A stretch of 64,000 nt of DNA from Armatimonadota bacterium (GTDB taxonomy: Bacteria; Sysuimicrobiota; Sysuimicrobiia; Sysuimicrobiales; Humicultoraceae). This document shows positions 1-10,523 of this stretch, one piece after another. Position numbers and translations under genes: made by a program. Every line of letters begins with the position of its first letter. Within the stretch, counting starts at the first letter, position 1. Below the pieces are notes generated by a model that saw only the letters and a list, made by a program, of their open reading frames with translations, was not told the DNA's origin and did not search any database. The DNA is taken from assembly GCA_037443365.1 (NCBI GenBank), contig JBBIOM010000001.1:97693-161692 (forward strand). The letters run 5' to 3'.

Positions 1-392
1 GGATGCTCTCCGCTGCCAAAGGCCTGACCGGCGTCGAGCCGCACCAGCACCTGCCCGGGGAGCGCCTGCGGCCGCGTCCGTGTCGGCGTCACCACGAGAC
101 GGCCGACCCGCACCGGTCTGGCGTATCTGTGCCACGCGCCGGTCCAATCCGCGTCGTCCACCACGCGCGTCGCCGGGGCGGCTGAGCCCACCCGGCGCTC
201 TAGCTCGCGCCAGAGCCGGGTGAGGGCAGCGCGGCCGGCCCTCGTACAGGGCAGGTATGCGCGCAGGATCCGGCGGCTTCCTCCCCGGGCCTTGTCCTCA
301 CAGAGCCCGGACGGGCAACAGCGCAGCAGGCAGTCACCCGCTGCCTCAAGATCCGAGCGCGGCACTTCGAGGGAGATCTCGATCCAGCGCAA
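1..392 (-). CDS. prmA: Ribosomal protein L11 methyltransferase, 5' part (runs off window edge)
   Basis: Manual translation from TTG at 392: MRWIEISLEV...DADWTGAWHRYARPVRVGRLVVTP...LDAGQAFGSGEH(P), matching the PrmA AFGxGxHP motif; follows dnaJ. Not in ORF track. Confidence 0.85.
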   Translation of the reverse strand, partial: MRWIEISLEVPRSDLEAAGDCLLRCCPSGLCEDKARGGSRRILRAYLPCTRAGRAALTRLWRELERRVGSAAPATRVVDDADWTGAWHRYARPVRVGRLVVTPTRTRPQALPGQVLVRLDAGQAFGSGEH

Positions 393-408
393 GACGGCAG
401 CCTGCCGG

Positions 409-1548
409 TCAGACCTGCTCGAGCAGGTCCTTCATCTTCTTGAGAATCGGCTTGCGCCTGCCCGATCGCTTCTTGTCTTCGGGTTGGCGCTCGCCGCCCA
501 GGCGCGCCAGCTCCTCGAGCAGCGCCCGCTGTTGCGGTGTCAGATGCGTCGGGATCGTGACCCGGGCAGACAGGTGCAGCCCGCCCCGGCCGCCGCGCAG
601 ATCGGGCAGCCCCTTGCCACGGACCGTGATCGTCGCGCCCGGCTGCGTGCCGGCGGGCACCGTCGCGAAGACCGGTCCGTCGAGACCCGTTATCTCGATC
701 TCGGCGCCCAGCGCCGCCTGCGTCACGGTGACCTCCAGGTCCCGATAGAGGTCGCGCCCGCGCCGGGCGAACACCCGGTGCGGCGCGACGTGGACCACGA
801 CAAACAGGTCGCCGCGTCCGCCCCCGCGCACCCCGGCCTCGCCCTCGCCGGCCAGGCGCAGGTGCATGCCGTCCTCTACGCCGGCAGGGATCGTAACCGT
901 GATCTCCCGCCTGGCCTCTGACTGACCCGCGCCTCGACAGTTCGCACACGGATGGGCTATGTACGTGCCTGTCCCCCTGCACTGCCCGCAGGTCACCACC
1001 TGCGTGAGGTGACCGAAGATCGTGCGGGCGGCGTGGCGGACCTCCCCGGTGCCATGGCAGGACGGGCAGCGCTGCGGGCTCGAGCCCTGCTCGGAGCCGG
1101 TACCGAAGCAGGCCGGGCACGTCTCGAGGCGTTCCACCGCGATCCGTCGCTCCGCGCCCGAGACGACCTCCTCCAGTGTAACCTCAAGATCGTAGCGCAT
1201 GTCGGCGCCGCGCACAGGCCCTTCCCGCTCGGACCCTGCCGCCCTGCCGCGACCGCCGAAGAACATCTCGAACAGGTCCTCGAAAGGACCGACACCGCCC
1301 CCAAACGGGCCGGGCTCTGATCCCACGAAGCCAAACCGGTCGTACTGGCTCCGCTTGACCGGGTCGCTCAGCACCGCGTAGGCCTCGTTCACGTCCTTGA
1401 ACCGCTCTCCGGCCAGGGGATCGTCGCGCCGGACGTCCGGATGCGTCTCACGCGCGAGGCGGCGGTATGCCTGCTTTATCTCGTCCTGCGTGGCACGGCG
1501 GTCAACGCCCAGTATCTCGTAGAGGTCCCTGGTGTCTCCGGAAGTCAT
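409..1548 (-). CDS. dnaJ: Chaperone DnaJ
   Basis: J domain with HPD, G/F region, four CxxCxGxG repeats, C-terminal domain. Confidence 0.97.
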   Translation of the reverse strand: MTSGDTRDLYEILGVDRRATQDEIKQAYRRLARETHPDVRRDDPLAGERFKDVNEAYAVLSDPVKRSQYDRFGFVGSEPGPFGGGVGPFEDLFEMFFGGRGRAAGSEREGPVRGADMRYDLEVTLEEVVSGAERRIAVERLETCPACFGTGSEQGSSPQRCPSCHGTGEVRHAARTIFGHLTQVVTCGQCRGTGTYIAHPCANCRGAGQSEARREITVTIPAGVEDGMHLRLAGEGEAGVRGGGRGDLFVVVHVAPHRVFARRGRDLYRDLEVTVTQAALGAEIEITGLDGPVFATVPAGTQPGATITVRGKGLPDLRGGRGGLHLSARVTIPTHLTPQQRALLEELARLGGERQPEDKKRSGRRKPILKKMKDLLEQV

Positions 1549-1584
1549 CTGTGCTGATATGCCCGCCTGAAGAAAGCCGCCGGC

Positions 1585-2616
1585 CTAGGCCGACGACCTC
1601 ATTGCCTCGCTGAGACCCTCGGCAACGTGACGCACTGCGGCGACCGTGCTGCGGTAGCGCATCCTGGTGGGCCCTATCACGCCGATCGTACCGCAGCGCT
1701 GCTCGCCCGCGCGGTAGGCCGTCATGACCAGACTGCACAGACGCAGCTGCTCGAGCTGATTCTCCTGCCCGATGAAGATCCACACGCCCTGCTCGGGTAC
1801 CGAGGAGAGCACGCGCTCGAGCAGCGGCTCGTTCTCCAGGATCTCGAACAGCCGGGTGGCCCGGTCCGGAGTCCTGAACTCCGGCTCGGCCAGGAGGTGA
1901 CGCGCACCGGCCACACGGATCTGCGACCGGGCGCTCCTTGCCAGGTCGCGCAGCAACCAGGCCCTGACCTCCTCAAGCCAGCGGTGCTGGCGCGAGGCCT
2001 CGCCCAGCACCTGCTCCAGCCGCTGATAGGTTAGGTCGGCCACCCTGGTGCCCCGCAGGCGGTAGGTGATCGCCCTCGACAGGTGCTCAAGGTCGTCGGG
2101 CGCGACCCCGTCCGGGAGCTCGACCGGGTGTCCCAGCAGCGCGCCCGAGTCGGCCGCTATCACGGCCAGGGCGCGACGCTCACCCATCGGGACCAGATGC
2201 AGCGACGCGAACGCCTGCGCCTGCATCCTGGGGGCCGCCGCGACCGACGCGTAGCCGGTCATGCCTGCGAGCAGCCGCGCGGCCTCGCCCACGACACCAC
2301 CGGGCTCCTCGTCCGGGGCGCCCAGCCGGCGGCGAATGCTCTCGGTGGCCGGGCCCCCAAGCGGGTCGGCCTTCGGCAGCATGTCAACGTAGACGCGGTA
2401 CCCCCAGTCCGTGGGGATCCTGCCGGCGGAGGTGTGCGGGTGCGTCAGCAGGCCCAACTCCTCCATGCTGGCCAGCGCGCTGCGGATCGTGGCAGGGCTC
2501 ACGCTCAGCCGCCCCCGCAGGGCGGCGTGCCTTGAGCCCACGGGCTCGGCCGTGCGGACGTGTTCCTCCACGACCGTGCGGAGCAGGATTCGCCTGCGGG
2601 CGTCAAGTCTGAGCAT
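1585..2616 (-). CDS. hrcA: Heat-inducible transcription repressor HrcA
   Basis: EPVGS, VSPATIR, HPHTSAGRIPTDWGYR and GVIGPTRMRY motifs; CIRCE directly upstream. Confidence 0.96.
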   Translation of the reverse strand: MLRLDARRRILLRTVVEEHVRTAEPVGSRHAALRGRLSVSPATIRSALASMEELGLLTHPHTSAGRIPTDWGYRVYVDMLPKADPLGGPATESIRRRLGAPDEEPGGVVGEAARLLAGMTGYASVAAAPRMQAQAFASLHLVPMGERRALAVIAADSGALLGHPVELPDGVAPDDLEHLSRAITYRLRGTRVADLTYQRLEQVLGEASRQHRWLEEVRAWLLRDLARSARSQIRVAGARHLLAEPEFRTPDRATRLFEILENEPLLERVLSSVPEQGVWIFIGQENQLEQLRLCSLVMTAYRAGEQRCGTIGVIGPTRMRYRSTVAAVRHVAEGLSEAMRSSA

Positions 2617-2630
2617 GCGTCCACCTGAGG

Positions 2631-2657
2631 CTGGCACTCGTCTGCCCTGAGTGCCAG
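2631..2657. promoter_or_regulatory. CIRCE operator (HrcA site)
   Basis: Perfect inverted repeat CTGGCACTC-N9-GAGTGCCAG (consensus TTAGCACTC-N9-GAGTGCTAA) 14 nt upstream of hrcA. Confidence 0.92.
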
Positions 2658-2668
2658 CGAGCGCTCTC

Positions 2669-2698
2669 AGCGTAGCATCGGCGTTTTTGGGGTGTCAA
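2669..2698 (-). promoter_or_regulatory. Sigma70-type promoter of hrcA operon
   Basis: TTGACA-18 nt-TACGCT with TG extension on minus strand, just upstream of CIRCE; -35 overlaps the murJ stop. Confidence 0.6.
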
Positions 2699-4281
2699 GG
2701 AACAGGGCGAGCCTCTCCGCGCCGCAGAAGGCCGCGCACCAGATTCAGTTCCTCCGCGCGCAGCAAGGCGCACACGATCAGGTACGTGACTCCCGCCGCC
2801 CCAAGGCCGGCCGCTATGAGCAGCAGGTCGGCGCGCTCCGTCACGCGTCCATCTATCAGGCCGCGCTGCGCGATCATCCATCCCACCCACACCGCGGCCA
2901 GGGCCGCGGCCAGCACGCGCGCGGCAGACCGGGCAATCCGCCCTGCCCCCAGCGGCCCCAGATCCCTCGCCAGCATCCAGAGCAGCAGCCCCACGTTCGC
3001 GAAGGCCACCGCGGCGGATGCCAGGGCGATCCCTGCCACGCCCACCACGCGCATGAACGCGTAGGCCAGCACCGCGTTTAGAAGCACCATGGCCGCGCCG
3101 ATGGCCACCGGCGTGCGCATGTTCTTGAGGGAGTAGAAGGTCCGGGTGACGACGTAGTATGCCGCCACCGGCACCAGGCCCACCGCGTAGGCAGCCAGAC
3201 AGGCAGCCACCACCAGGGTCGCCGGCGGCCCGAACTCGCCGCGCTCGAAGACGACCTGGACCAGCGGACGGGCAAAGACAATGAGGCACAGCGACACCGG
3301 GGCCGTCAGGAACAAGAGACTGCGCAGTCCGAGCGATGCCATCTCGCGCAGCGCCACCCGATCGCCGGCGGCGGCGAGCCGGCTCATCCCGGGAAAGAGC
3401 ACCGTCGCCACGGATATCGCCAGGACACCCACCGGCGCCTGGACCATCTCATAGGCGTAGTCGAGCGCCGCAACCGCGTTCACGCCAGAGGCAACCGGGA
3501 GGAGCGAGGCCAGGAACCTGCCCACATAGGCGTTGATCTCCACGATGGCCAGACCCAGCATCGCCGGGGGCGCCAGACGGAGCAGCGTGCGGATGACGGG
3601 GTGCGACCAGTCGAATCCCAGGCGGTAGCGAAACCCGGCCGCGTGCAGAGCCGGCGCTTGCACCAGGAACTGAACGGCGGTCCCAGCCACCCAGGCGGCG
3701 GCCAGCCCCGCAATCCCCATGCGCGGACCCAGTAGAACCGTCCCGGCGATGATGGTGAGGTTGAAGGCCAGCGGGGCCATCGCCGGCGCGGCGAACCTGC
3801 GAAGCGCCTGCAGGTATGCCGTGGCGAACACCGCAAGGGCCAGGAAGAACATCGCCAGGAAGTTGATCCTGGTCAGCGCGATCGTGCGGATGAACTGCGC
3901 TGGATCAGCAGCGAAGCCAGGCGCAGCCAGGCGGACCAGCGCGGGCGCGGCGATCTGTCCGGCCGCCACCATCCCCACACCGAACGCCACGACGAGCGCG
4001 AACAGCCGCGAGGAGACCTGGCGCACCTCTGATTCATCCCCGCGCGCGACGGCGTCGGATATGGCCGGGATCAACACGATGCTGAGTGTGCCGCCGATGA
4101 GAAGACGCTGGACGAAGAACGGGACGTAGTATCCGATCACGAAGGCGGCGCGCTCATCGGAGGCGCCGAACAGCGCGGCCACGACTATCTCCCGTATCAG
4201 CCCCAGGGCGCGGCTGCCCACCGTGGCGCCGGCTATGAGCGTGGCCGCGTGCGCAAGGCGCTGCGGTACCCGCCCGTTCAA
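2695..4281 (-). CDS. murJ: Lipid II flippase MurJ (MviN)
   Basis: SRALGLIRE N-terminal motif, many TM helices, FERGEF and FYSLKNMRTP motifs. Confidence 0.93.
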   Translation of the reverse strand: MNGRVPQRLAHAATLIAGATVGSRALGLIREIVVAALFGASDERAAFVIGYYVPFFVQRLLIGGTLSIVLIPAISDAVARGDESEVRQVSSRLFALVVAFGVGMVAAGQIAAPALVRLAAPGFAADPAQFIRTIALTRINFLAMFFLALAVFATAYLQALRRFAAPAMAPLAFNLTIIAGTVLLGPRMGIAGLAAAWVAGTAVQFLVQAPALHAAGFRYRLGFDWSHPVIRTLLRLAPPAMLGLAIVEINAYVGRFLASLLPVASGVNAVAALDYAYEMVQAPVGVLAISVATVLFPGMSRLAAAGDRVALREMASLGLRSLLFLTAPVSLCLIVFARPLVQVVFERGEFGPPATLVVAACLAAYAVGLVPVAAYYVVTRTFYSLKNMRTPVAIGAAMVLLNAVLAYAFMRVVGVAGIALASAAVAFANVGLLLWMLARDLGPLGAGRIARSAARVLAAALAAVWVGWMIAQRGLIDGRVTERADLLLIAAGLGAAGVTYLIVCALLRAEELNLVRGLLRRGEARPVP

Positions 4282-4379
4282 GATCGGCGCCCTCGCGCGG
4301 CGACTTGTGACGATGGTACCGGCGTGCTAGAATCGCCCAGGACTGCCGCGCCTGATGCGCGGCGGCCGGAGGGATTGGA

Positions 4380-4619
4380 GTGGCCAAGCGTATCAAGTCC
4401 GGACTCAAGCACCTGCGGAAGTCGGCCAGGCGCGCCCGGGCCAACGTTTCCGTCAAGTCCAGGGTCAAGTCGCTCGTGCGCGGTGGGACCAGCCCGGAGG
4501 CGATCGCGGGGGCGCAGTCCGCCCTTGACAAGGCCGCGGCGCGCCGTGTGATTCATCCCAACACCGCGGCCCGCAGGAAGTCTCGCATGATGCGCCGCGC
4601 CTCGGGCAAGCCCGGCTAG
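4380..4619 (+). CDS. rpsT: 30S ribosomal protein S20
   Basis: MAKRIKSG...LDKAAARRVIHPNTAARRKSR; next to holA. Confidence 0.95.
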   Translation: MAKRIKSGLKHLRKSARRARANVSVKSRVKSLVRGGTSPEAIAGAQSALDKAAARRVIHPNTAARRKSRMMRRASGKPG

Positions 4620-5605
4620 CCCCGGGGAGGAGCCCACCGCTGCGCCGCAGGAGACCTGCGGCCGGCGAGGTTGACGATCAGGGTCTCCAGGGCGAGGCGC
4701 GGAGCGCTCCCTGACTTGACGGCGCGGTCCGCGGCCTCGAGCACGCCGAAGATCCCCGCGAACTGGTCGGCCCTATAACCGCGTGCCTGTTCTGCGATCT
4801 TGCGCGCGACGAATGGCGGCACGCCCAGGCGCGCGGCCAGGCCCTCGGACGAGCGGTCCCCCACGGCGGCCTGCGCGCGGGCGATCAGGCGGAACTGCCG
4901 GGCTATCATGAACAGCACCTGAAGCGGCTCGTGCGTCTCCAAGTTGTCGTGCAGGGCGCGAAGAGCACCGGCCACGTCTCCCCCGCCCACCGCGTCCACC
5001 AGCACGAACATCGAGGCTTCGCCCATCTGGCTCGCGATCGCCTCCACGTCCGCCGTGCTCACTTCCGGGCGCTCGCCGACGTAGGCGGCCACCTTCGCCA
5101 CCTCGTTGTGCAGGTCTCGCAGGCTACCCCCTGATATTGCCACCAGCCGCTCCGCCACACCCGGTCCCGGACGCTTGCCCTCCGCCGCAAACAGCTTCTC
5201 CACCCATTCAGGCCTGTCGCGCGCGGGTATGGGGCGGCACTCTATGACCGCTCCCACGCGCTTGAACGTCAGGAAGAGCCGGCGGCGCCGGTCCATCTCG
5301 CGCGCCATGAAGATGCCGGTGGTGGGGCTGTCGCCTCGCTCGAGATAGGCGATCATCCCCTCGTGGTCGGCCTCGCGCATCGCCTCCATGCGGCGGACGA
5401 CGACCACGCGGCGGGGGCCGAAGAACGCCGCCGTGTCCAGCCGGGTCAGCAGCTCGCCCAGGGGCGTCGAGGCGTCGAGTACGTCCAGGTTGAGCTGCCG
5501 GTCGGCGGGCGCGAGCGCCTCATCGAGCAGCCGCGCCAGCGTCGCCTCGGCCAGGTACTCCTCTTCGCCGATGATCAGGATTGGCGCTCTAGCGCCCTGC
5601 TGCAC
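4616..5605 (-). CDS. holA: DNA polymerase III delta subunit
   Basis: GEEEYL N-terminus, LHNEVAKV, VKSG C-terminus; comEC-holA-rpsT synteny. Confidence 0.9.
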   Translation of the reverse strand: MQQGARAPILIIGEEEYLAEATLARLLDEALAPADRQLNLDVLDASTPLGELLTRLDTAAFFGPRRVVVVRRMEAMREADHEGMIAYLERGDSPTTGIFMAREMDRRRRLFLTFKRVGAVIECRPIPARDRPEWVEKLFAAEGKRPGPGVAERLVAISGGSLRDLHNEVAKVAAYVGERPEVSTADVEAIASQMGEASMFVLVDAVGGGDVAGALRALHDNLETHEPLQVLFMIARQFRLIARAQAAVGDRSSEGLAARLGVPPFVARKIAEQARGYRADQFAGIFGVLEAADRAVKSGSAPRLALETLIVNLAGRRSPAAQRWAPPRG

Positions 5606-8000
5606 CTGCGCGGCTCCTCATCGTGGTTACCTGCCAACGGACCCCATCGCTGTGAAGCGTCACGGCGCCGTCCCTGTCCGTGCGGTAGATCGTTGCGCCC
5701 GCGGCCTCCAGCGTTGCCAGTGTGCCGGGGTGGGGATGCCCGAAGCGGTTGTCGGCCCCCACCGAGATCACGGCGACGCTGGGCCGCACGCCGGCCACGA
5801 ACTCCGGCGTGGTCGAGGTGCGGCTGCCGTGGTGCGCCACCTTCAACACCTGGCTGCTCAGCACAACCCCCCGATCCAGGAGATGACGCTCGACCCCTGC
5901 CTCCACGTCGGCTGTCAGCAGCGCCGCCGTCGCGCCGTAGGTGATTCGGGCCACCGCCGCGTCCGCGTGCGCCGCCTCACCCTCAAGGCGAGGAGCCGGA
6001 TCGCACGGATGGAGGATCGCCAGCCCCACCCCCGCTCCCAGGTCGAGGCGCACACCTTCCCTCACACTGCGATGGGCAACCCGCCTGGCCTCGGCAATCT
6101 GGATGAAGCGGGCATACGCAGGGGTAGGTTGGGCAACACCCGGGCCCAGCACGAGTCCGACCGGGATGTTCGTCAGAATGGCGGCCAGTCCTCCCACGTG
6201 ATCATCATGGGCGTGAGTGACGATCACCGCATCGAGCCGGCGCACGCCCATCCGGCGCAGGGCCGGCACGACGCGCATCAGGCCCACATCCCATCCTGAC
6301 CGCGCGTCTCCGGGGCCGCCACCTCCGTCGAGCAGCACGGCGCGACCGGCCGGGCTCTGCACCAGGATGGCGTCGCCCTGTCCCACGTCTAGCACCATGA
6401 CCACGAGTCCATCCGGCGGACGAAGGCCCGCCGCGCACCAGAGCGCAAGCGAGCAGGCTCCGGCCCCGACAAGCGCCAGCACCTGCGCGCGGCGCGGCCG
6501 CCAGGATCCCGACAGCGCAGCCACCCAGGCCCCCAGGTACATGTACATGACCGCTGCAGCAGCCGGGGATACGACCGGTATCGGCACCACGGCCCAGCCA
6601 AGCGTTCCGAAGCGCGAGCCGATCCAGAGAACGGCGTCCAGCGGCAGGAGCAGCGTCCCGAGCAGGAGATCCCCGAGCGCAGGCACCGCGATCGCCACCG
6701 CCAGGAGCGCTAGGCCAACCGGGACCAGCGCGGCGATCACCGGTAGGACCAGGGCGTTGGCAAGGACGCCTGCAACGAGCAGCACCTGGAAGTGGGCGGC
6801 GAGCAGGGGCGCCACCGCGATCTGCGCGCCCAGCGTGGCCGCAAGCGCCGGCGCCACCAGCGGTCCCAGCCGGTTCAGGCCGGGGCGCAGCACCGGCGCC
6901 ACGTAGAGCAGGCCCCACGTAGCCGCGAACGAGAGCTGGAAACCGACGTCGAAGAGCACGCGCGGCTGGCTCACCATGAGCACGAGCGCGGCCGCCCCCA
7001 GCGTCGCCGCGCGGTCGGGTCCGCGCCCCACGACCGCGGCGGCCAGGCCGGTGAACGTCATGATCGCGGCCCGCGCCACCGAGGGCGCCCAGCCAACGAG
7101 CAGCGCGAAGAGGCCCACCCCCAGGATGCCTGCGGCCGCGGACGGGAGCAGCGGCAGACCCACCATGCGAACCGCCCATGCGCAGGCAGCGGCGACGATC
7201 GCCACCTGCGCGCCCGAGACCACCATCAGGTGAACCAGCCCGGCGCGCGAGAACGCCTGGTACAGTTCGGGCGGGAGATGGTTCTCGATGCCAAGGAGCA
7301 GGCTGAGCAGCAGGCCGCCGTGAGGCTGGCGAAGCGCCCGCAAGATCCCTGCGACCGCGCGCTCGCGCAGCGCGGCCACGGCCCCGCGCACCGACCACGT
7401 ACCCGGGCGAAGCACCGTGATCCCGCCCCCTGGGGAAACACGGATCACGCCCAGCAGTCCCCTGCGTCGCAGCGCTTCGAGCTCGGCGCGCTCCCCGGGG
7501 TTCCCAGCAGGGCGCCCCAGGCGGAAGCGTCCGCGTACGAGGACCTCCGCGCCTACCCCGGCGGAGGGAGGATGGCCTGGGCCCGCAAGCCTCACCATTC
7601 CACCTGCTGGCGGCAGCGGCGGTGCGCGTGGGGACTGCCAGGGCTCCAGCGCCTGGACGCGCATCACCGCGCGCCAGCCCGGCCCAACCGCTTCGGGCGG
7701 GGCCACCACGACGCCGCGCGCCTCTATGTACCGGCCGTCCGCGGCGGCCGGCCACGAGGGCACTAGGCCGGCGAGCAGGATGGCTTGCGCATACGCGAGC
7801 CCGGCGAAACAGAGGAGTGAGGCGATCTCACCGGCGCGCGCGGCGCGCGCCAGGAGCGCGCCGGCCCACATTGCCGCGCAGGCTGCGCACAGGGCGCAGG
7901 CTGCGCTGGAGGGCAAGGGCCAGCGATCGGCTGCCAGAAGGCCCAACGCGAACGCCATGGCAGCCCAGGCAATGGGCGGCAGCACCCGAAGCAGAGGCAC
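5589..8000 (-). CDS. comEC: Competence protein ComEC/Rec2
   Basis: HLMVVSG, GFQLSF, DVGQGDA, THAHDDHVGG metallo-beta-lactamase motif, HHGS, RTDRDGAV. Confidence 0.94.
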   Translation of the reverse strand: MPLLRVLPPIAWAAMAFALGLLAADRWPLPSSAACALCAACAAMWAGALLARAARAGEIASLLCFAGLAYAQAILLAGLVPSWPAAADGRYIEARGVVVAPPEAVGPGWRAVMRVQALEPWQSPRAPPLPPAGGMVRLAGPGHPPSAGVGAEVLVRGRFRLGRPAGNPGERAELEALRRRGLLGVIRVSPGGGITVLRPGTWSVRGAVAALRERAVAGILRALRQPHGGLLLSLLLGIENHLPPELYQAFSRAGLVHLMVVSGAQVAIVAAACAWAVRMVGLPLLPSAAAGILGVGLFALLVGWAPSVARAAIMTFTGLAAAVVGRGPDRAATLGAAALVLMVSQPRVLFDVGFQLSFAATWGLLYVAPVLRPGLNRLGPLVAPALAATLGAQIAVAPLLAAHFQVLLVAGVLANALVLPVIAALVPVGLALLAVAIAVPALGDLLLGTLLLPLDAVLWIGSRFGTLGWAVVPIPVVSPAAAAVMYMYLGAWVAALSGSWRPRRAQVLALVGAGACSLALWCAAGLRPPDGLVVMVLDVGQGDAILVQSPAGRAVLLDGGGGPGDARSGWDVGLMRVVPALRRMGVRRLDAVIVTHAHDDHVGGLAAILTNIPVGLVLGPGVAQPTPAYARFIQIAEARRVAHRSVREGVRLDLGAGVGLAILHPCDPAPRLEGEAAHADAAVARITYGATAALLTADVEAGVERHLLDRGVVLSSQVLKVAHHGSRTSTTPEFVAGVRPSVAVISVGADNRFGHPHPGTLATLEAAGATIYRTDRDGAVTLHSDGVRWQVTTMRSRAGAAGR

Positions 8001-8057
8001 CGGCAGTAGCCTCCCCTACAAGAGGTCGGCCCCTGCCGGCGCGAATTGCGGTGTGTG

Positions 8058-9977
8058 CTAGGCCTTGGCGGCGATCTCGTCCGCTAGGCGCTTCACTAGC
8101 AGAGGTGCGGGAATCGGGCCCAGGTCGCCCTCGGCGCGGCCACGCACGGCCACGGCCCCGGATGCGGCCTCCTTGTCCCCCACGACGAGCATGTAGGGAA
8201 TCTGATCCACCTGCGCCTGGCGGATCTTGTAGCTTATGCGCTGGTTAGTGCCGTCAATGCTAGCGCGTATTCCGGCCGCCTCAAGCTGCGCCAGCACCGC
8301 CGCGGCATAGGCGGCATGCCGGTCCGCGATGGGCAGTATCCTCGCCTGCTCCGGCGACAGCCACAGGGGAAACCGGCCCTCGTACGTCTCGATCAGAAAC
8401 GCCACCCACCGTTCCATGGTGCTGGTGACCGCGCGGTGGATCATGACCGGCCGGTGCGCCCGCCCGTCCTCGCCGATGTACTCGAGCGCGAACCGCTCGG
8501 GCAGCAGGAAGTCGAGCTGGACCGTTGAGAGCGTCTCGTCCTTGCCGGTCGCCGTCGGAACCTGCACGTCAATCTTGGGCCCATAGAACGCGGCTTCACC
8601 CACGGCCTCCCGGTAGGCGACGCCCAGCTCAGCCAGTGCCTCGCGCAGCATGCTCTCGGCCTGGTCCCACAGCGCGTCGTTCTGGATGAACTTCTCGCGG
8701 TCCGCCGGGTCCCGCAGCGAGAGCTGATACCAGCCGCTCGTGATCTTGAAGTCAGCGTACACGCGCTGAATCAGCCGAACCACCCGGATGATCTCGTCCT
8801 TGATCTGGTCGGCGCGGCAGAAGATGTGGGCGTCGTTCATCAGCATGCCGCGAACGCGGTGCAGCCCGGTCAGGACGCCGGAACGCTCGTACCTGTACAC
8901 CTTGCCCAGCTCGGCGATCCGCACGGGCAGATCGCGATAGGAGCGCTGCTCGTGCAGGTAGATCATGATGTGGTGCGGGCAGTTCATGGGACGGAGCACC
9001 AGCTCTTCGCTCTCGAGCTTCATCGCGGGATACATGTTCTCGCGGTAGTGATCCCAGTGCCCGGACATCTTGTAGAGCTGCGTGCTGGCGATCTCCTGGC
9101 TGTAGACGTGCTCGTAGCCGGACGCGAGCTCCAGGTCCACGATGTAGCGCTCGATGACGCGCCGGATCGTCGCGCCCCTGGGCAGCCACAGCGGCAACCC
9201 CTGCCCCACCTCGGGAGAGAGGTGAAACAGCCGCAGCTCCCTGCCGATCCGGCGGTGATCCCTCCGCCGCGCCTCCTCCAGGCGCTGCAGATAGCCGTCG
9301 AGCTGCTCACTCGTTGGAAAGGAAACCCCGTAGATGCGCGCCAGCATGGGGCGGCGCTCGTCGCCCCGCCAGTAGGCGCCGGAGGTTGACAGGAGCTTGA
9401 AGGCGCGGATGGCGCCCGTGCTCAGCACGTGCGGCCCCCGGCACATGTCGGCAAAACCGTCCTGTCGGTAGAAGGCCACCTCGCCATCAGGGATCTCGTC
9501 GAGCAGCTCCAGCTTGTAGTCCTCGCCCTGCTCCTCGAAGAGCCGCCGGGCCTCCTCGCGGGAAAGCACCAGGCGTTCGATCGGCATGTCGGCCTCGGCC
9601 AGCTCGCGCATGCGCGCCTCGATGCGAGCCAGATCCTCGGGGCTGAACGGACGCCCCGCGTCGAAATCGTAGTAGAATCCCTCGTCTATCGGTGGCCCGA
9701 TCGCCAGCCTGGCCCCGGGAAACAACTGCTTCACGGCCTGCGCCATGAGGTGCGAGGACGAGTGCCAGTACACCTCGCGGCCTGCCGGATCGTCGAACGT
9801 CACGAACTCGACACGCGCGTCGGAGTCGAGCCGCCACCGGAGATCGCGGAGTCGTCCGTCAACCAACGCCGCGAGCGCCCCGTCGGGACCAAACCGCGCG
9901 GCGAGTTCCCCGGCGGTGATCCCGACAGGCACCTCGTGCTTGGCGCCGCCCGGCAGCGTGACGTGAATCAATTCCAT
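8058..9977 (-). CDS. thrS: Threonine--tRNA ligase
   Basis: TGS domain, HSSSHLMAQA, CRGPH, RDHRRIG, RPMNCPHH, AAFYGPKID; RBS GGGGGAG before ATG 9977. Confidence 0.97.
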   Translation of the reverse strand: MELIHVTLPGGAKHEVPVGITAGELAARFGPDGALAALVDGRLRDLRWRLDSDARVEFVTFDDPAGREVYWHSSSHLMAQAVKQLFPGARLAIGPPIDEGFYYDFDAGRPFSPEDLARIEARMRELAEADMPIERLVLSREEARRLFEEQGEDYKLELLDEIPDGEVAFYRQDGFADMCRGPHVLSTGAIRAFKLLSTSGAYWRGDERRPMLARIYGVSFPTSEQLDGYLQRLEEARRRDHRRIGRELRLFHLSPEVGQGLPLWLPRGATIRRVIERYIVDLELASGYEHVYSQEIASTQLYKMSGHWDHYRENMYPAMKLESEELVLRPMNCPHHIMIYLHEQRSYRDLPVRIAELGKVYRYERSGVLTGLHRVRGMLMNDAHIFCRADQIKDEIIRVVRLIQRVYADFKITSGWYQLSLRDPADREKFIQNDALWDQAESMLREALAELGVAYREAVGEAAFYGPKIDVQVPTATGKDETLSTVQLDFLLPERFALEYIGEDGRAHRPVMIHRAVTSTMERWVAFLIETYEGRFPLWLSPEQARILPIADRHAAYAAAVLAQLEAAGIRASIDGTNQRISYKIRQAQVDQIPYMLVVGDKEAASGAVAVRGRAEGDLGPIPAPLLVKRLADEIAAKA

Positions 9978-9999
9978 CGCGTCTCCCCCCACACCACCC

Positions 10000-10485
10000 C
10001 TAGCGGTAGTGGCGCGTGTTCTGGCGCCACACCTCGGCCACGACGCCGCCGCCCACCAAGAAGACCTTGACGACGGGCATGAACATCTCGTCGGGCGGGA
10101 TGCCCGCATCTACCCTGACCTTCTGGAACCCCGCGGCCAGGTCCAACGCCCACCGGTTGCGCGCCTCCTCCGGCTGCTCTACCCAGGTATCCGGAACAAC
10201 CGCGCGCAGGATGGACGGGGTGTCAAGCGACAGCTCGCGCAGCGTCGGATCGGCCTTCTTCTTCTCCGCGATGAACCGGTCCACCGCTGCCTTGTACTCG
10301 GCGCTGCCCTCGATCTGCTGGACGCGCGCGAAGCCGGCTCGTCCGGCCGGGGTCGCTGCGCCGCCGCTCGGCGCCGCCGGCTGCGGACCCGACCGGCAGC
10401 CCGAGGTTGCCATCGTCATCGCCAGGAGGACGGCCACCAACAGGACACGCCCTCCGAACCGACCTGCATGGCCCACTCCGGTCAC
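10000..10485 (-). CDS. Putative lipoprotein, unknown function
   Basis: Hydrophobic signal ending in lipobox-like ATSGC; GGAGG RBS before GTG 10485. Confidence 0.65.
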   Translation of the reverse strand: MTGVGHAGRFGGRVLLVAVLLAMTMATSGCRSGPQPAAPSGGAATPAGRAGFARVQQIEGSAEYKAAVDRFIAEKKKADPTLRELSLDTPSILRAVVPDTWVEQPEEARNRWALDLAAGFQKVRVDAGIPPDEMFMPVVKVFLVGGGVVAEVWRQNTRHYR

Positions 10486-10523
10486 GTCGTTGCCTCCCCT
10501 CGTATGGCGCTCCTGGAAGCCAG

